From a virus (taxonomy: Duplodnaviria > Heunggongvirae > Uroviricota > Caudoviricetes), in the IMG/VR virus record IMGVR_UViG_3300046642_001000, positions 39,935 to 103,934 of that record: 64,000 bases of DNA, one strand, 5' to 3'. Under the pieces are notes generated by a model, which worked only from the letters and a program-made list of their open reading frames with translations, made no database searches and was not told the DNA's origin. Made by a program: the position numbers and the translations under genes. Below, piece after piece: positions 28,801 to 37,713 of the stretch; within the stretch, counting starts at the first letter, position 1, and each line of letters opens with the position of its first letter.

Positions 28801-28994
28801 TGTTCATCATCGACGAGGGGTTCGGGAAGCTCGATCCTAAGAATCTAGAGTCTGTAGGCCGTATGTTCGACTACCTAAGAACGGTATTCGAACACGTGAT
28901 TGTCATCAGCCACATCGAGTCGATGAAGGACATGGTAGACAACATCATCGAGATCACGACGGACGAGGAAGGTTACTCGCACATCGAGGTCTGA
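25821..28994 (+). CDS. Fused SbcD/Mre11 nuclease - SbcC/Rad50 ATPase (T4 gp47-gp46-like)
   Basis: N-terminal phosphoesterase motifs HISDVH, TGD, GNHD, FHG, GDIH; then Walker A 'AENSKGKSS', coiled coil with Cys pair 'CGDQFPEC', signature 'LGGGAEK', Walker B 'FIIDEGFG', H-loop 'ISH'. Confidence 0.85.
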   Translation: MRIAHISDVHIRNLKFHQDYRRVFDNLYKKLEELKPDLVVNTGDTAHTKTQISPEFVEMTSEHIRKVIEIAPYHIILGNHDLNLMNSDRQDAITPIVDSIGDERVHLHKKSGLVEVQLKHEDDPFNFWVFGIGDSENYPTPEQWAKYKERTNIGLFHGSIARCLTDSNWRMTHTEHDLSIFEGLDYVLMGDIHKQQFMDQEKRVGYAGSLIQQNFGEDINKGFLVWDIEDKDNHKTFPVFLSGARKFYTVKLDEELKLPEIELEANARIRVSPPRQLTLVEQKEIERQVRKRYNPHDVITLSAGHVAMDQTKVGKKMIGTENLRQLAVQERLLRDWLKRHGIGEKHIELCLELNRKYQVSFEQEDECARNISWRLNAILWSNMFNYGENNVVDFNNIKGLTGIFAENSKGKSSFIDVIMEALYDKVTKNVSKNLHMINDNKDVASMVADITAEDKNYSIERKIDRVKYGKMKFNGDEKEWGKTSCDFYVTDPQGVKESLNADLRPGTERNIRQRLGNYDDFMLTSLTSQVNTMDIINCKETDRKKILYKFLDLDIFELKGLKAKDDSREWYTKLGNLEDSGVQEHVAKYRSRAATISGEITLLELEMEKSKAQQKALNDQVVSLSSQKVKVDLHPETLAQAQAKIKAANGSLVLLREKISAKQAELLDYETRLSKIVEVTNLAELKAASDRYLDIRNELQPVVSRREKAEQTLQLHKKKLPLLKEVPCGDQFPECKFLVDAFNSQKKIPSWEEDLAEIRVEEAALREEHKKVEPLSKQYTEELSKIQRRAMLLAEQKNGKLELENLSLKVKDFEAKKVNAQAEIDRAAEAQASLLRNQELEEQIGQLVEEKEAEERSGSKMQGRLNELNHERGGQETILAKLEAELSILQDVKDRCTAFEHFISAMGKDGIAYDILTQKLPVINEEINKILGNSADFGVVIEHDPEEQSIRLYLQYGEYKPRILELGGGAEKMLASVAIRTALLSISNLPKTNMFIIDEGFGKLDPKNLESVGRMFDYLRTVFEHVIVISHIESMKDMVDNIIEITTDEEGYSHIEV

Positions 28995-29008
28995 AAGGAA
29001 GACGGAGC

Positions 29009-29311
29009 ATGTTTTGGATGTTGAGAAATTCTTCGGGCAACAAGGACGCGATCCTGACCCTCGCGGTCGTAGGCTTCGCGTTCTGTCTCATCAAGGTCCT
29101 CCTCGCGGGAGTGACCATCGCTGTCGCTGGTCGGACGTTCGACTGCGGCACGATCGACGGATCGTCCATCGCGGCGATCCTGGCACCCACCCTGGGCGCC
29201 TACGTCGGTCGCCGGTACACCGACCGGAAGTACGGCGGTGATCCGGTCCCGGGAGTGGAGGCGGTCAAGCTCGATCCGAACGCCACGGACGCCGCCGCGG
29301 CGAAGAAGTAG
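29009..29311 (+). CDS. Small membrane protein (holin-like)
   Basis: 100 aa with 2-3 hydrophobic segments and a charged C-terminus. Confidence 0.45.
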   Translation: MFWMLRNSSGNKDAILTLAVVGFAFCLIKVLLAGVTIAVAGRTFDCGTIDGSSIAAILAPTLGAYVGRRYTDRKYGGDPVPGVEAVKLDPNATDAAAAKK

Positions 29312-30148
29312 ATGGAAGCCAGGACCAAGGGTCTCCTCACACTCTTCGGAGTGATGACGGCGGCCATCATCGCCCTGGTGATCGCCCTGGCCTGGCAGCA
29401 GCACGTCCATGCCAACCAAGTCGTCGCCCTCCAGAACCAGCTGGCCGAGAAGGACAAGACCCTGGAGATCCAGAAGGGTCTGTACACCAAGCTGACGGAG
29501 CAGACCAAGAACATCCAGGGAACCCTGGACTCGAGGGACACTCAGGTCAAGGAGCTGGAGGATCAGGTCAAGAAGGCCAAGCAGCAGCTTCTGGACGCCA
29601 CCCAGCTGGTGATCACCTGGAAGAAGAACTACGAGGGACTGGCGAAGGCGACCCAGACTCCCGTTCCCATCGATCCCAAGAATCCGCCCACCAATCCCAT
29701 CGAGATCGCCAAGGGTCGTGAGAAGGTGGACTTCCACGAGGACTTCGGCTACATCAAGGTGGACGGGTGGACGCTCACCAATCCGCCCCAGGCATGGGTA
29801 CGCCTGACGCAGGGGAGACCACTCAAGCTCACCCTGGCCCTGTCACAGGACAGCACCAAGGCGTGGCACACCTACGCCACCTCTTCCGAAGACAACATCG
29901 GCATCGACATCGCCGTCACGTCCGTCAACCCATACGTGCTCCAGCCCAAGTGGTACGAGCACATCGGGGTAGCCGTCGACCTGGGAGCCGGGACGAACCA
30001 GTCCGGAGTCGGCGCCCTGGTCGGTCTCGGTCTCAACTACCAGTTCATGCAGTTCACTCTGGGACCGCACGTCTGGCTAGGTCTGAACAACACCGTCGAC
30101 AAGTACTATGGGATCTCCTTCGAGTGGAGACCCTTCCAGAGGAAGTAG
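29312..30148 (+). CDS. Membrane-anchored coiled-coil protein (spanin-like?)
   Basis: N-terminal TM helix, long coiled coil, beta-rich C-terminus; follows the holin-like gene. Confidence 0.4.
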   Translation: MEARTKGLLTLFGVMTAAIIALVIALAWQQHVHANQVVALQNQLAEKDKTLEIQKGLYTKLTEQTKNIQGTLDSRDTQVKELEDQVKKAKQQLLDATQLVITWKKNYEGLAKATQTPVPIDPKNPPTNPIEIAKGREKVDFHEDFGYIKVDGWTLTNPPQAWVRLTQGRPLKLTLALSQDSTKAWHTYATSSEDNIGIDIAVTSVNPYVLQPKWYEHIGVAVDLGAGTNQSGVGALVGLGLNYQFMQFTLGPHVWLGLNNTVDKYYGISFEWRPFQRK

Positions 30149-30460
30149 ATGCCGACCAAGCCTTCAGATCGTTTCGTCGTCTACAGTCTTCGAGAGACCT
30201 ACGCTGAGCTCGGGTCTTTCGAGTTCAAGGTGGTTCTCTCTCCTCGGCACTTCAAGAACAGCCATTCCTCTGAAATGACACTGGTAGACTCCGACGGCAA
30301 GCCCATGCGCTTCGAGCTGAAGAAGTGGGGCCGGAAGATGAACTGCGTCTTCTTCGTGGACGAGAACACGGCTGACGGCGTCGCCCAGGCGAGGCTCCAG
30401 CTGCAGGACGACAGGGGCAACCAGCACCTGGGCCATCTTACATTCTGGGTGATCAAGTGA
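30149..30460 (+). CDS. Hypothetical protein
   Basis: 103-aa ORF abutting both neighbours. Confidence 0.65.
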   Translation: MPTKPSDRFVVYSLRETYAELGSFEFKVVLSPRHFKNSHSSEMTLVDSDGKPMRFELKKWGRKMNCVFFVDENTADGVAQARLQLQDDRGNQHLGHLTFWVIK

Positions 30461-30666
30461 GCGACCATCACAACCTCCGCGTACCCGCCTGGTGTCCCCA
30501 GTGCAGCCTTCCCATGAAGGGACACAAGTCCACGATGTCTTTCTACGACTACGGAGTCTGCATGAACTGCTTCATCGAGTTCATCGAACACCGGGAGCAG
30601 CGTTGGAAGGACGGATGGCGTCCTAACGAAGAACAGCTCAAGGCTTTCGCCGAAAAGATATCGTAA
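30457..30666 (+). CDS. Small Zn-finger protein
   Basis: CPQC...CMNC; GTGA overlap with the upstream stop. Confidence 0.65.
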   Translation: MSDHHNLRVPAWCPQCSLPMKGHKSTMSFYDYGVCMNCFIEFIEHREQRWKDGWRPNEEQLKAFAEKIS

Positions 30667-30750
30667 AGACTTCTCGAAAGTCAGCTCTTTTTTCTTGAAG
30701 TCTTCTACTTAGCTAGAGATGCATCTAAGCATCTGGGAGCATTCAAGAAA

Positions 30751-31146
30751 ATGAACAAGCCCGAGAGCTTCGAAGTCACAGAGTACAACGACGTCCGGGA
30801 GCCGATGCAGACCTTCCAGACGATCAAGCAGATCGTCGAGGACGAGAGGGTCGACGGTCGTCACCCCTCCTGCGCCTACAAGGTGGACTTCCTTGGGGAT
30901 GTTCTGCGGGTCCAGGTGACGATGTTCGAGATGCACCTGCCCCAGCGCATGGCCGAGGTCCAGGACACCTGCCACAAGCTTCAGAAGGCCTACGTCAGCT
31001 CGCTCAAGAAGGAGTTCAAGAAGCGGGCCAAGAGGGACCTGAAGCTCAAGGAAATCAAGGACAAGGCCGACTACACGGTGCAGAAGGTGTCGCTCAACGA
31101 GCGGTACTACTACATCGCCTGGCACATGTACGAGCTCGACGTCTAA
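30751..31146 (+). CDS. Hypothetical protein upstream of terminase
   Basis: 131-aa ORF with phage-typical codon bias. Confidence 0.7.
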   Translation: MNKPESFEVTEYNDVREPMQTFQTIKQIVEDERVDGRHPSCAYKVDFLGDVLRVQVTMFEMHLPQRMAEVQDTCHKLQKAYVSSLKKEFKKRAKRDLKLKEIKDKADYTVQKVSLNERYYYIAWHMYELDV

Positions 31147-31156
31147 GGATCACACC

Positions 31157-32833
31157 TTGGCGACGAAGAACACAATCAGGGATGAGATCATCCGCTGCGG
31201 GCGGGACCCGGTCTACTTCATCAAGAAGTACGTCCGGATCCAGCACCCGGTCCGCGGGCTCATCCCGTTTGCGCTCTTCGACTACCAGGAAGACCTGATC
31301 CGGGACTACCTCAAGAACCGCTTCAACGTCATCCTGAAGGCCCGCCAGCTCGGCATCTCCGAAGTCACCGCCGCCTACGCCCTCTGGCTCATCCTCTTCC
31401 ACCGCGACAAGAACGTGGTGGTCATGGCCTCCAAGGATGAGACCGCCAAGAACATCGTCCGCAAGGTCCGTACCGCCTTCAAGAAGCTCCCGAAGTGGCT
31501 CGTCCTGGCGGACCAGATCTCGGACAACGTCAAGTCGATCGAACTCACGAACGGCTCCCGCATCCACTCCATCGCAACATCAGGTGACGCCGGCCGTTCA
31601 GAAGCCGTCTCGCTGATGATCGTCGACGAGGCGGCCTTCATCCCCGGCTTCGATGACCTCTGGACCGGTATCTACCCGGTCGTGCAGGCCGGCGGCCGCG
31701 CCATCATCCTGTCGACCCCGAACGGCGTCGGCAACAAGTACCACCAGCTCTACACGGACGCCGAGACCGGCGAGAACGACTTCAACCCGACCCGTCTCAT
31801 GTGGTGGCGGCACCCGGAACACGTCGTCGATCTCGAGGACGACCCTCTCCGTCCCGGCTTCAAGACCTCTTCCTGGTTCAGGAAGGAAGTCAAGTCGGCG
31901 AACATGGGTCCCCGAGAAGTGGCCCAGGAGCTCGAGTGCAACTTCAACGCCTCGGGCGACACCGTCATCACCGGCGAACGTCTCGAAGAGATCGAGAAGG
32001 GCGTCCTCCCGCCGATCAGCATGGAGCTCGAAGATCGAGCCCTCCATGTCTGGTGGCCGTACGACTCCGGCAACACCTACCTGATCACGGCCGACGTTGC
32101 CCGAGGTGACGGCAAGGACTACTCGGCCGCCCACATCTTCGAGCTCAGGAACATGAGCCAGGTGGCGGAATACTACGCCAAGGTCCCGCCCGACCAGTTC
32201 GCCAAGAGCCTCTGCAAGATGGGTGAGACCTACGGCAATGCCATGCTGGTGATCGAGAACAACCAGGTCGGTCTGGCCTGCCTGGAACACGTCCGCCTGG
32301 CATGCTACCCCAACGTGTACTACTCCCGCCGCGGAGACCAGAAGCCCGGTGAGGCGGTCAACACCCTGTTCGGGATTCACGATCCTGACCTCATCCCAGG
32401 GTTCACCACCTCCCAGCGCACCCGCCCGCTCATCTGCAACAAGCTGGAGGAGTACATCCGCACTCGGAGCATGGTCATCCGGAGCCGGCGCTTCCTTCAG
32501 GAGCTCCGCACGTTCATCTGGAACAACGGTCGTCCGGAAGCCATGAAGGGCTACAACGACGACCTGGTGATGTCCGGGGCCATCGCGGCCTGGGTAAGGG
32601 ACACCGTCATGGGTCCCAGCTTCGCCACCCAAGAGGTGAACAAGAAGCTGATGAACGCCATGTCGAAGACCACGACACTGAACTCCGACATTCCGGGAGC
32701 CAACAAGGACCCGAAGATCGCACGCCAGCAGGCCCTGGGAATCTTTGGCGGTGGACAGACAGATCCGCGCAAGATGAAGATCACCCTGCCGAACGGGATC
32801 GTCGAAGACTATAGCTGGATCTTGAAGGGATAA
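31157..32833 (+). CDS. terL: Terminase large subunit (T4 gp17-like)
   Basis: 'LFDYQ' Q-motif, 'LKARQLGIS' Walker A, 'MIVDEAAF' Walker B, 'LSTPNG', nuclease 'ADVARGDGKDYS', 'NDDLVMS'. Confidence 0.95.
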   Translation: MATKNTIRDEIIRCGRDPVYFIKKYVRIQHPVRGLIPFALFDYQEDLIRDYLKNRFNVILKARQLGISEVTAAYALWLILFHRDKNVVVMASKDETAKNIVRKVRTAFKKLPKWLVLADQISDNVKSIELTNGSRIHSIATSGDAGRSEAVSLMIVDEAAFIPGFDDLWTGIYPVVQAGGRAIILSTPNGVGNKYHQLYTDAETGENDFNPTRLMWWRHPEHVVDLEDDPLRPGFKTSSWFRKEVKSANMGPREVAQELECNFNASGDTVITGERLEEIEKGVLPPISMELEDRALHVWWPYDSGNTYLITADVARGDGKDYSAAHIFELRNMSQVAEYYAKVPPDQFAKSLCKMGETYGNAMLVIENNQVGLACLEHVRLACYPNVYYSRRGDQKPGEAVNTLFGIHDPDLIPGFTTSQRTRPLICNKLEEYIRTRSMVIRSRRFLQELRTFIWNNGRPEAMKGYNDDLVMSGAIAAWVRDTVMGPSFATQEVNKKLMNAMSKTTTLNSDIPGANKDPKIARQQALGIFGGGQTDPRKMKITLPNGIVEDYSWILKG

Positions 32834-32836
32834 GAC

Positions 32837-34948
32837 ATGCCTGAGCTGCAGACAAAGACGAGAGAGCCCGAGAACATGTGGAAGCGCCTCACCAGGCTCT
32901 TCCGTTCAGGCCCCGTCGTCCGTCACAAGATCGCTGCCGGTGAGAAGCTCAATGAGCCGCGTGGAACCGCGAGGGCCTATAAGAAGGAGCTGAGCTCCCT
33001 CTACGTCCATTCGCTCGCCAGCTACGGCCAGTACGAGCGTCTCGCCCGTTACGCCGACTACTCCGAGATGGAGTTCACCCCGGAGATCGCCTCCGCTCTG
33101 GACATCTACGGTGACGAGGTCACCTCCTTCGACGAGCACGGGCAGACCATCAAGATCGTCAGCAAGAACCAGGAGATCAAGCAGACCCTGGAGACCCTGT
33201 TCTTCGACATCCTCAACTTCGAGTTCAACGCCTGGAGCTGGACCCGCAACCTCTGCAAGTATGGCGACTTCGTCCTGTTCGTGGACGCCTCCGAGTCCAA
33301 CGGCATCCTGAACCTGCTCCCCATCCCGATCAACGAGATCGAGCGTGAGGAGGGGTACGACAAGGAAGACCCGTTCGCCGTCCGGTTCCGCTGGCTGACC
33401 CAGGGCAACATGATCCTGGAGAACTGGCAGGTCATCCACTTCCGGCTCCTGGGCAACGACAACTTCCTCCCCTACGGCGCGTCCATCATCGAGCCGGCCC
33501 GCCGCATCTGGCGGCAGCTGATCCTCATCGAGGACGCGATGCTGGTGTACCGCATCGTCCGTTCGCCCGAGCGGCGCGTGTTCTACATCGACGTGGGCAA
33601 CGTCGCTCCGGCCGACATCGAGTCGTTCATGGAGCAGATCAAGACCCGTCTGCGCCGGACCCAGGTCGTCGACCCCACCACGGGTCGAGTGGACCTGCGG
33701 TACAACCCGCTCTCGGTCGACGAGGACTACTTCATCCCGACCCGCGGCGACAAGAGCTCGAAGATCGAGACTCTCGCCGGCGGCCAGTTCACGGGCGATA
33801 TCGACGACGTCCAGTACATCCAGAACAAGCTCTTCGCGGCCCTGAAGATCCCGAAGTCGTACCTCGGCTACGAGGGAGAGATCGGGAGCAAGGCCACGCT
33901 GGCCCAGCAGGACGTCCGGTTCGCCCGCACCATCGAGCGCATCCAGAAGATCATCATCTCCGAGCTGAACAAGATCGCCATCATCCACCTCTTCCTCCTC
34001 GGGTACTCCGGGGAAGACCTGGTGGACTTCGAAATCAAGATGGCGAACCCGTCCTCCATCGCCCTTCAGCAGAAGCTGGAGCTCTGGAGGACCAAGTTCG
34101 AGATCGCCGGCACGGCCACTGAGGGCATGTTGGACCGCAAGACCGTCTACAAGAAGATCTTCGACCTCTCGGACGACGAGATCGAGGCGGTCATGGAAGG
34201 GAAGCGGGCCGACAAGCTCGAGGACCTCACCCTGGAAGCCATGCAGCTTCCGACCGAGAACCAGCCGCCGGGCGGCGGCGCGGGTGGCGAGACCCCGCCG
34301 GAAGGTGGGGAAGAGACTCCTGGCGAGGGGGAGCTTCCCACCACGCTCGGAGGTGAACCCGGAGGTGGCGCCGAGGAGGCTCCACCCACGGAAGGTGTAG
34401 CCGGTACGCCCTACAGGACGTCACCCTCCGACCTCTCTGGTGAGGAGGAGAAGGAAGTCCTCCCCGAGAAGAAGGACAAGGGCTGGGGACTTGAGTGCAT
34501 GACCTGCGGCCACAGCTACCCCTGGAACAAGGGTTTCAACCCGGCCCAGGCGACCTGCTGCCAGAACCCAAGGGTCGGCTTCAAGAAGCTGGAACCTCAG
34601 GACGAGAAGAAGAACAAGGGCTCCGAGGGGAACGACGCCATGATGTCTACGGGAAAGGGGCACGACCTCTTCAACCCGTCGACCAACCTCCACACCCATG
34701 TCTTCGGTCGGAAGAAGCAGACCGCCAGCGATCCCAATGACATGCGGGCTTTCAAGAGGCTGATCAACCGTCCCTTCTCGGACAGCATCGCCCGGCAGAT
34801 CGGGAAGCGGGTCTATCTGAGCGAAGACGAAAGGTCGGAGTCCGTCATCGACCGGAAGCTCAAGGACTCCATCCAGAGGACCAAGGAGATCGACGAGACG
34901 ATCCGTCGGACCATGGATCAGGCCCGAGAATTGGACAAGAAGAAGTAG
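32837..34948 (+). CDS. Portal protein (T4 gp20-like)
   Basis: 'IEDAMLVYRIVRSPERRVFYIDVGN', 'EDYFIPTRG', 'DDVQYIQNKLFAALKIP' gp20 motifs. Confidence 0.92.
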   Translation: MPELQTKTREPENMWKRLTRLFRSGPVVRHKIAAGEKLNEPRGTARAYKKELSSLYVHSLASYGQYERLARYADYSEMEFTPEIASALDIYGDEVTSFDEHGQTIKIVSKNQEIKQTLETLFFDILNFEFNAWSWTRNLCKYGDFVLFVDASESNGILNLLPIPINEIEREEGYDKEDPFAVRFRWLTQGNMILENWQVIHFRLLGNDNFLPYGASIIEPARRIWRQLILIEDAMLVYRIVRSPERRVFYIDVGNVAPADIESFMEQIKTRLRRTQVVDPTTGRVDLRYNPLSVDEDYFIPTRGDKSSKIETLAGGQFTGDIDDVQYIQNKLFAALKIPKSYLGYEGEIGSKATLAQQDVRFARTIERIQKIIISELNKIAIIHLFLLGYSGEDLVDFEIKMANPSSIALQQKLELWRTKFEIAGTATEGMLDRKTVYKKIFDLSDDEIEAVMEGKRADKLEDLTLEAMQLPTENQPPGGGAGGETPPEGGEETPGEGELPTTLGGEPGGGAEEAPPTEGVAGTPYRTSPSDLSGEEEKEVLPEKKDKGWGLECMTCGHSYPWNKGFNPAQATCCQNPRVGFKKLEPQDEKKNKGSEGNDAMMSTGKGHDLFNPSTNLHTHVFGRKKQTASDPNDMRAFKRLINRPFSDSIARQIGKRVYLSEDERSESVIDRKLKDSIQRTKEIDETIRRTMDQARELDKKK

Positions 34949-35004
34949 AAGACGGTCTGGGTTCCTAATTAGACCTAGAACCTAAACCCAGAGGACATCT
35001 CAAT

Positions 35005-35856
35005 ATGGCCTTCAAGCACAACAAGAAGCGTAATTCCGGACTGGTGTACGAGTTCCTCGTGCGCCGTCTCGGCTCACAGCTCGTCGACCAGGACAAGGAA
35101 GGGGCGAACCAAACGGTGGAGATCACCGAGCGGTACTTCTCCGACGGTGAACCCCTGGCCGAGGAGCTCGAGCTGTTCCGGGCGATCCGTGACACCCGTG
35201 GGGTGACCAGCGAGACCGCCCGTCGGATCCTCGGTGAAGTGGCCCGTCAGGCCTCCAACGCCGACTCCAAGAAGCTCGACTCCAAGAAGAGCAACCTCAT
35301 CAAGGAGCTGAACTACACGTTCGGCCGGGACTTCTTCGACAAGCACCGGTTGCCCGAGTACCGGCTCCTCGCCAGCATCCAGCTCTACATCGACAGCCAC
35401 CGCGGCAAGCGTCTCTCCGAGAACTTCCAGGCGATCCAGCTGGAAGACGGCATGGTGGCGTGGATGACCTCCACCCCGCCGAAGCCGGACCAGCCGTTCG
35501 AAGAGAAGGTCGACGACCTGGTGAACGCCATGGCTTCCCGGCGCTTCAACGAGAAGTACGGGAACTCTCTCTCCGGCGGGCAGAAGGCCCTCCTCGAGAC
35601 GTACGTCCGGGCGCTGGTCACGGAACACTCCACCGACCTGAAGAAGAAGCTGGTCGAGGACAAGAACCGCATCGCTCAGACCCTGGTCAAGTCCTACAAG
35701 ATGAAGGAAGTCCAGGAAGACAAGGTCATGAAGCAGCGCTACGTGGAGGCGGCCAAGAAGCTCTCTGAGCTGGATGTCTCCCGTCTCGACGAGTCCGTCA
35801 TCGAAGAGATGATGCTCTTCCACAAGCTGGCTGAGGAGCTTTCGAGCAATGAGTAA
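35005..35856 (+). CDS. Large-phage head-region hypothetical protein
   Basis: 283 aa, 'FKHNKKRNSGLVYEFLVR' N-terminus; preceded by TAATTAGA motif variant. Confidence 0.75.
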   Translation: MAFKHNKKRNSGLVYEFLVRRLGSQLVDQDKEGANQTVEITERYFSDGEPLAEELELFRAIRDTRGVTSETARRILGEVARQASNADSKKLDSKKSNLIKELNYTFGRDFFDKHRLPEYRLLASIQLYIDSHRGKRLSENFQAIQLEDGMVAWMTSTPPKPDQPFEEKVDDLVNAMASRRFNEKYGNSLSGGQKALLETYVRALVTEHSTDLKKKLVEDKNRIAQTLVKSYKMKEVQEDKVMKQRYVEAAKKLSELDVSRLDESVIEEMMLFHKLAEELSSNE

Positions 35857-37102
35857 GAAGGAAGATCTGGAAGAGATGGGCTCCGGCGGCGGTGGCAACT
35901 CTGTCGGCGGGGTCGGTGGCGGCTACACCGTTCCCATGGGCATCAAGAAGCGGAAGGCGAAGGTGGACGAGGCGATCGCTCTCGATCCCGAGCTGACCCA
36001 CGGGATGGTCCTCACCTACCTCTCGTCGATGACCGACGGCCTGACCGAGTCGACCTGCAAGCTCCTCGACGAGGGGAACTACGTGCAGTTCGGAGACCAG
36101 GTCAAGGAACACACCGTCCGAGAGATGGTCCGGAACAAGATGAAGGAAGTCGTCCGCAAGAAGGCGGGCGGCGGCGGCTACGTGCTGTACTCCCCGAACC
36201 AGGGCAAGAAGAAGCCGTCCAAGGCGGTGGGCAACTTCCCGACCAAGGTGGGTGCCAAGAAGGCGGAGCTCAGCCGGTTCCCGCCGAAGGACCCGGGGAA
36301 GCTCAAGCGCCTGCGCAAGGAAGTCGACCGGCTCCTGAAGGACCCGAAGAAGCGGGCCGAGAAGGAGAAGTCGGCCGCCAAGGAAAAGGGTACCGACGCC
36401 GGCAAGAAGAAGGCTCCGGCTCCGAAGAAGGAGTCCGTGGCTGTCACCGTCTCCCCGGACGCCAAGGAGATCGCGGCGGACGGACCGGAAGGTCTCGCCC
36501 TTCTCCAGGCGGCCATCGGGCTGCTGGTGAACGAGTCCCTCTTCCACGAGGAAAAGACCGGCTCCAACTGGGACGAGTACATCACCCGTCTCAGCAAGCA
36601 GGCCCTGACCTCGGACAAGAAGTTCCAGGGTCTCCAGAAGAACATCGACAAGAAGACCGAGAAGGTCCTGAAGGACGCGCTCGGCGCGATCCAGAAGGCC
36701 GTCGGCAAGAAGGTGAAGATCAAGGAGATGGGCGGGATCAAGTCCGCGACCGGCGGTGGGAAGACCTACCTCCCGTTCTCGGCCACCGTCGGCCAGTCGG
36801 CCGTCGAACCGATCGCTCTCTACATCGAGCACGGTGTCCCGAAGATCGAGCTCTCCGACCAGGCCAAGGTGGCGCTGACCAAGTGCGATCCGGCCGAGTC
36901 CAAGCTCTTCCGGGCCGACCTCATCCAGGTGCAGGAGCGGATCCTCGACCGGATGGACGAGCTCGAGAAGGCCGTCATGAACCGTGACCGCTACCTGGAG
37001 AAGCAGGAAGACGGCGTGGACGAGATGGTCGCCGACCTCACCCCTCTCCAGATCAGCCTGCTGAAGCAGGTCCTGGTCAAGAAGTACAGGAAGATCTCCT
37101 AA
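35849..37102 (+). CDS. Putative prohead core/internal protein
   Basis: 417 aa, Lys-rich; lies between portal and protease. Confidence 0.6.
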   Translation: MSKKEDLEEMGSGGGGNSVGGVGGGYTVPMGIKKRKAKVDEAIALDPELTHGMVLTYLSSMTDGLTESTCKLLDEGNYVQFGDQVKEHTVREMVRNKMKEVVRKKAGGGGYVLYSPNQGKKKPSKAVGNFPTKVGAKKAELSRFPPKDPGKLKRLRKEVDRLLKDPKKRAEKEKSAAKEKGTDAGKKKAPAPKKESVAVTVSPDAKEIAADGPEGLALLQAAIGLLVNESLFHEEKTGSNWDEYITRLSKQALTSDKKFQGLQKNIDKKTEKVLKDALGAIQKAVGKKVKIKEMGGIKSATGGGKTYLPFSATVGQSAVEPIALYIEHGVPKIELSDQAKVALTKCDPAESKLFRADLIQVQERILDRMDELEKAVMNRDRYLEKQEDGVDEMVADLTPLQISLLKQVLVKKYRKIS

Positions 37103-37710
37103 TGCAGACCAAGCAGCTACTCCGTGAGTGGATCGCCGTCGATTCGAACTCGGACGTCATCAAGGAGTCCCGGGAAAAGAACCAGGGCAAGCTGATGCTG
37201 ACCGGCATCATCCAGAAGGCGAACCAGCTCAACCAGAACAAGCGCATCTACCCGATGGAGATCCTCCGTCGTGAGGTGGAGAACTACCAGAAGGCCGTCC
37301 GGGAGTCCCGCGCCGTCGGCGAGTGCGACCACCCGGAGAGCTCCTCGGTCAGCCTGAAGAACGTCAGCCACGTCGTCCGTGAGATGTGGTGGGACGGGAA
37401 CAACGTCATGGGTCGGGTCGAGGTGCTGGACAGCCTGCCCTCGGGAAAGATCCTGGCGGGCCTGCTGGAAGCCGGCGTGAAGCTCGGCATCAGCAGCCGC
37501 GGCGTCGGTTCCACCGAGAAGACCAACGAGGGTCACGACGTCGTCCAGGACGACTACCAGATCATCTGCTGGGACATGGTCTCGGAGCCTTCGACCCCGG
37601 GCGCCTACCTCTTCGCAGAGGGGAAGAGGGTGGAGTTCGAGCCCCACCGCGTCTTCAAGAAGGAAGACCGGATCTTCCGCGCCCTGAACGACATCGTCTT
37701 GCCGAGGTGA
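37102..37710 (+). CDS. Prohead core protease (T4 gp21-like)
   Basis: 'GIIQKA...NQNKRIYP', 'GECDHP', 'LGISSRGVGS', 'WDMVSEPSTPGA'. Confidence 0.92.
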   Translation: MQTKQLLREWIAVDSNSDVIKESREKNQGKLMLTGIIQKANQLNQNKRIYPMEILRREVENYQKAVRESRAVGECDHPESSSVSLKNVSHVVREMWWDGNNVMGRVEVLDSLPSGKILAGLLEAGVKLGISSRGVGSTEKTNEGHDVVQDDYQIICWDMVSEPSTPGAYLFAEGKRVEFEPHRVFKKEDRIFRALNDIVLPR

Positions 37711-37713
37711 TAG

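Noticed and set aside
30719-30754. Short uORF MHLSIWEHSRK* containing CATT as a second quadruplet-tRNA target
   Set aside because: The downstream gene is in the -1/+2 frame, has its own SD and ATG, and is explained by ATGA coupling
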